From a virus, in IMG/VR virus record IMGVR_UViG_3300002835_000063, positions 32,001-96,000 of that record: a DNA stretch of 64,000 nt. One strand, written 5' to 3'. Below are positions 60,317 to 64,000 of the stretch, one piece after another (the stretch's first letter is position 1; the number at the start of each line of letters is the position of its first letter). A program made the position numbers and the translations under genes. The notes beneath the pieces were generated by a model. The model had not been told where the DNA came from, ran no database searches, and saw nothing but the letters and a program-made list of their open reading frames with translations.

Positions 60317-60835
60317 CTACCTAATTACAATAGGTCGTATAAGGTGTTTTCTCATCGGCGTGGTTAGATATCGGTTAGGCCTAGTTCCAGGGTGTTCAAC
60401 TATAGGAGTACGAACTATTTTGCTACCGGACCTAAAAACTAAAATTGGCTTTTCTTTTGGTGTAATTGTGTGCGGCCTAGTGCCCTCATGGTGAGCATAT
60501 GCGTAAGACTTTTTTGCCCCTATCCATAGGTATTGGCCACCGGCATTTCCCAAGTGCCGCATGTGAATAGAGTTTCTCAGGGCTCCAGTTTTTACTCCAA
60601 CTTGCTTTTTTGCATCCCTAACTATTGCTTGCCCTCTAAGCTCCAGCGCCTTCCAAAGTTTTCCAGCAGGAGTAGTTAGAATCATTTTTGTGACGGGCTT
60701 GTAGATAATTACTTTTGATAGCCCGAAGGATAGAGGGAAAGAAGCTCTTCCAACTCCACCCCTTCTAGTGTTTTTAAATGATCGAGCATATTTTTTGGCA
60801 TAGTAGCCAGCTACGCTATCCGGAAGTCCATACAT
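60317..60835 (-). CDS. HK97 gp10-like neck/tail completion protein
   Basis: V.TG.LRNSI, YA.AHHEGT, HPGT.PN.YL. Confidence 0.75.
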   Translation of the reverse strand: MYGLPDSVAGYYAKKYARSFKNTRRGGVGRASFPLSFGLSKVIIYKPVTKMILTTPAGKLWKALELRGQAIVRDAKKQVGVKTGALRNSIHMRHLGNAGGQYLWIGAKKSYAYAHHEGTRPHTITPKEKPILVFRSGSKIVRTPIVEHPGTRPNRYLTTPMRKHLIRPIVIR

Positions 60836-60836
60836 T

Positions 60837-61346
60837 TTATGGAACCGCCATAGTTATTGTGAGAGTTGTGGTTTGAAATCCTCCCTCGGGGGAACCAACA
60901 TTTAGGGTGGCAATCACACCGACACCGAACCCAGTTTCATCCCACTGGTCAAGCGAATTAATTGATGACATCAAAACCCATGAGTCAATTGCCATAACTT
61001 CTGAAGCTGCCTCGATGGCTTCTGGTGCTGGAGGCCTTCCATTTTGGCTAACAATTGGAGTTATTCTAGATATTGAAACTCCTATAGTGGCACTCCTAGG
61101 AACGTGGCAACGCTGCGGCTCGCCTAGCTCGGCTCCTGGAGCACCTAAATACATTTGCTGGAAATAGACAACTAACTGTTCGCAATCAACTGCCGGTTCT
61201 GCCATAGTCCAGTAACGGCGTGCTGGCAACTCCACGTTGTATGATTGAAAAACAGACTGCACCCTCTCCAGGACACCCTGCATCATGTCTCTGAGATTTA
61301 CCGCATCTTCAGAGACACCAGTTAGGTCTAATTCTTGGCTTGGCAT
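60837..61346 (-). CDS. tail terminator/completion-like protein
   Basis: Position; P.VDC.QL.V motif. Confidence 0.6.
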   Translation of the reverse strand: MPSQELDLTGVSEDAVNLRDMMQGVLERVQSVFQSYNVELPARRYWTMAEPAVDCEQLVVYFQQMYLGAPGAELGEPQRCHVPRSATIGVSISRITPIVSQNGRPPAPEAIEAASEVMAIDSWVLMSSINSLDQWDETGFGVGVIATLNVGSPEGGFQTTTLTITMAVP

Positions 61347-61349
61347 GGA

Positions 61350-61517
61350 TTACTCCTCGATCGAGGTTTCCTCTGCCTTAACTTCTACTACTGGCTCTAC
61401 TACTGGCTCTGGCTTTGGGGCTGGAGCAGTAACGCGTGGAGCGGGAGCAGCCTTTTTTGGTTTAGGCTTCGCAACACCCAGCATGTCCTGGGCACGGAAG
61501 TTAGTTTGAATAAACAT
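61350..61517 (-). CDS. small Pro/Lys/Glu-rich protein
   Basis: Start MFIQTNF after AAGGA. Confidence 0.5.
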   Translation of the reverse strand: MFIQTNFRAQDMLGVAKPKPKKAAPAPRVTAPAPKPEPVVEPVVEVKAEETSIEE

Positions 61518-61530
61518 GTTTCCTTCTTTC

Positions 61531-62643
61531 TTAGTACATCTTGATCTGGAGATTTCCAGATGCAAGTTCGACCAGGCTCTCTACTCCACCCACGGTTTGG
61601 GAGGCATAAAGTGTCCAGGTTCCTGGGTCCACCATTCCAAGCGCAGAGTACGCTTTTTCGTAGGGAATAGTGAAATCTAATTTTGATTGGGCATAGTTTA
61701 AAACAATACTTGAAGAGTCTAGAGTGACTGCTGAAGTCTCTCCATAATTTCTAAGTATTACTTTAGGAGTCCAATCATTGTTTTGCGGGAAGAAATTGCT
61801 TAGATCAACTCCACTACCAGTGGAGGTCCAGCTGATTGAACCATCAAGAGTGGATAGGACTAAGTCAAAATCTCCATCCTCTACAAGTTTTAGCGGTTTA
61901 GGGCTATATCTGCGAGCCCTCGGGGTGTCTACAGAAAATACTTTCGACTTACGGCGAGCATTGTCTGGGTTGACAGTCTTAAGGAATAAATCAATTTCAT
62001 AGAGACCAGTGCGAAGCTCGTCAATAAACTCTTGGTTGTCGAGAATAGTGTAGGAGACACCCTGTCGTGAAACAGAAGTTACACGCTGCGGTAGTTCGCA
62101 AGTATCGTCGCCTGCCCACAAGCGGGCAAACTCGATTGCCAACTTGCGAGCTGCCATTTTTCCTGCAGTTGGAACTGGTACTCCATATGCGTATGTAATT
62201 TCAATGTTGCAAGGAGTCCAAGGGGTCCCAGCTTTGATGTGCAAAGTTGAGTGATCTACTAGATAGTAGCTAGATGGATCTAGCACCTGCCCATTTTTAT
62301 TTCTGAGGGTGTATATCCTAGTTACTGGACGCCCGCGGAGTTTGATTCTCGCGTCTGGGGAGAGGCCATCAGAGACCAGCTCAGAATATTCGTCATAATC
62401 GCCGGACGGAATATTGTATACATCACCACCGAATAGTACAGGACTGTTAGTACGATCGGAAGGCCCCATTCGATTATTTCTGAGGGTGCAGGTGTAACGC
62501 TCGGTGACAATTGTCTCTCCTGTGTATTTACGTCCGGACATGGCCCAGAGCAGGTTGGATGCAACCTGTGCCGCCTCGGCGGTATATTCGGTGTACGAGT
62601 AATCTCCCATTTCCTCGGGGAGAATCCATAGGTTGCTGGTCAT
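61531..62643 (-). CDS. head-to-tail adaptor
   Basis: A...LWA.SGR.Y; YGVPVP..G..AA..LA.EF; C.LP.RVTSVSRQGVS; TGLYEID. Confidence 0.88.
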   Translation of the reverse strand: MTSNLWILPEEMGDYSYTEYTAEAAQVASNLLWAMSGRKYTGETIVTERYTCTLRNNRMGPSDRTNSPVLFGGDVYNIPSGDYDEYSELVSDGLSPDARIKLRGRPVTRIYTLRNKNGQVLDPSSYYLVDHSTLHIKAGTPWTPCNIEITYAYGVPVPTAGKMAARKLAIEFARLWAGDDTCELPQRVTSVSRQGVSYTILDNQEFIDELRTGLYEIDLFLKTVNPDNARRKSKVFSVDTPRARRYSPKPLKLVEDGDFDLVLSTLDGSISWTSTGSGVDLSNFFPQNNDWTPKVILRNYGETSAVTLDSSSIVLNYAQSKLDFTIPYEKAYSALGMVDPGTWTLYASQTVGGVESLVELASGNLQIKMY

Positions 62644-62665
62644 ATTTTACCTCTTACATAATTTT

Positions 62666-62708
62666 AACGGGTGGTAGCCCTAGTAAGTTTCTAGAGCCAC
62701 CACCCGTT
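62666..62708 (-). terminator. 18-bp hairpin after the major tail gene
   Basis: AACGGGUGGUGGCUCUAG/CUAGGGCUACCACCCGUU; mismatches become G-U pairs only on the minus strand. Confidence 0.7.
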
Positions 62709-62719
62709 CGTTCTAGTGA

Positions 62720-63826
62720 TTAGCTAGGGTTTTCGTCTGAAGCAATAATGTTGTCAATTGCATTGTCAGAGTTGTAGTTCATGTTTCCAGGAACGTTGTA
62801 GTCAGATCCACCTGCAGGCAAGCTGGTTACAGCTGTGTAGGTTGGGGCCTCGGTTACGCTGTTGACAACAGTCACCTTAGCACCGCGAGGAACGTTGAAG
62901 GAGCTAATGTCACCAGTAACTCCAGAAGCGGTGTAGCTGACGGTGTTTCCAGAGATTGAAGCAACTGAGTAAGTTCCGTTCAATACTGGGTTAACATTTT
63001 CTACCTTGATCTCATCGCCAGCAGCAATGTTTGGGTTGGCGCTAAAGGTTACAGTGGCTAGGGTGTTAGCCAAAGTAGCAGATGCGCTTACAACGTTAAC
63101 AGTGCTTGGGTCAGTTGCTGTAGCGGAAGTGAAGTAAACCTGTCCAGTTCCGTCAGTCCAAGTGTAGAACCCGTTTAGACCAGTTGGAGCCCAGTCGGAT
63201 CTTGCATAAGCATATGGACGCTCTGCAGCAACCGGGAACTCCCAACGACCATCTGGACCAGCTTGGAAGCTTGGGTTACCTAGACCGTAGCCTTCAAAGG
63301 TGTTAGCCATTAGGCCGTTTTCGATAACACGATCGCCAGATTGACGCATCTTTACGAATGGGAAAATCCAGTGGAAGTAAGGCAAAACTGAAGCCTTCTT
63401 ACCATTCTTGATTGCGTGGGACCATACTTCTAGAGCAACGCCATTTCCAGCAGGGTCATCGCCAACACCAGGAGCTGCCCAACCGATTGACTTGTTGTCT
63501 GGGTTGGCAAGGGTTCCTAGGTTCTTGCGAAGAAGCAGACCACCAGAGATTAGAGCAGAAAGCTCTGGATCTGGCTCACAAATTGCGAGCTCCATAGTGA
63601 TACGCTTTAGAGTGTCTGGGGCCTTGTATGTAACACATACAACACCGTTGGCACCCTTTTCAGTGATCTCGTCGCCTTCCTCATACTCGGGAGTAAACGA
63701 AACCCTCATAAACGCGGAAGTGGTGTATGAATCACCAGCTCCGGTCATTAGGTTACCAGCAGCATCTAGGCGGGTGACACGGATTGACACACCCTGAATG
63801 CTGGCTGCATATTCTTGAGTAGCCAT
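62720..63826 (-). CDS. major tail protein with a C-terminal accessory domain
   Basis: G..IRVTRLD..G; YEEG.EI..K.ANG..C; L.ICEPDP; Y.HW.FP. Confidence 0.88.
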   Translation of the reverse strand: MATQEYAASIQGVSIRVTRLDAAGNLMTGAGDSYTTSAFMRVSFTPEYEEGDEITEKGANGVVCVTYKAPDTLKRITMELAICEPDPELSALISGGLLLRKNLGTLANPDNKSIGWAAPGVGDDPAGNGVALEVWSHAIKNGKKASVLPYFHWIFPFVKMRQSGDRVIENGLMANTFEGYGLGNPSFQAGPDGRWEFPVAAERPYAYARSDWAPTGLNGFYTWTDGTGQVYFTSATATDPSTVNVVSASATLANTLATVTFSANPNIAAGDEIKVENVNPVLNGTYSVASISGNTVSYTASGVTGDISSFNVPRGAKVTVVNSVTEAPTYTAVTSLPAGGSDYNVPGNMNYNSDNAIDNIIASDENPS

Positions 63827-63851
63827 CTAGCTATTCTCCTTAGTTTCTTGA

Positions 63852-63998
63852 TTAAGCAGTCAGATCAACTCTGACAGCGAGGTGGATGGATGTGTCAAAG
63901 TAAACCGCAGCTGGGCGGATTGCTTTGAGTCTCATGTCATTTGCGTTTCCCGACACGTCATAAGCCTGGCTTAGATTGTCGTTTACGACATCGACATT
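63852..63998 (-). CDS. C-terminus of a capsid-region structural protein (partial)
   Basis: Hand translation ...NDMRLKAIRPAAVYFDTSIHLAVRVDLTA-stop, directly upstream of the major tail gene. Confidence 0.55.
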   Translation of the reverse strand, partial: NVDVVNDNLSQAYDVSGNANDMRLKAIRPAAVYFDTSIHLAVRVDLTA

Positions 63999-64000
63999 GC

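Overview
The whole window is part of a large tailed (siphovirus-type) actinobacteriophage genome. Two WhiB genes, DUF3039, class Ib nrdH-nrdI-nrdE-nrdF and leaderless SigA-type promoters point to an actinobacterial host, plausibly a low-GC freshwater one (inference). Layout: (1) 1-10.8 kb accessory/metabolic genes (JmjC oxygenase, secreted S8 protease, GT61, nucleotidyltransferases, WhiB, SpeD-like, RNR); (2) 10.8-31.6 kb, plus strand, two paralogous fibre/appendage operons. Each opens with a GGTAAAAT promoter-like site, a ~120-aa adaptor gene and a collagen-like gene, and each closes with a protein carrying a (Pro-Pro-Phe-Phe)n tract. Between them sits an 8-kb array of seven prolyl-4-hydroxylase-like 2OG-Fe(II) oxygenases, one TauD-like oxygenase and two DUF6065-like genes; (3) 32-40 kb primase-helicase, metallophosphoesterase and a sulfotransferase / APS kinase-nucleotidyltransferase / GT2-TPR block; (4) 40-50 kb replication-recombination genes (SSB, Sak4-like ATPase, Cas4-like nuclease, SNF2 helicase, RuvC-like, PolA); (5) 50-64 kb tail morphogenesis, with a -1 frameshifted chaperone. 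The best candidate for an undescribed system is the PPFF-repeat / Hint-domain / hydroxylase-array module, which looks like a phage-encoded post-translational tailoring pathway for virion appendages. All family calls come from motif recognition by eye; no searches were run.
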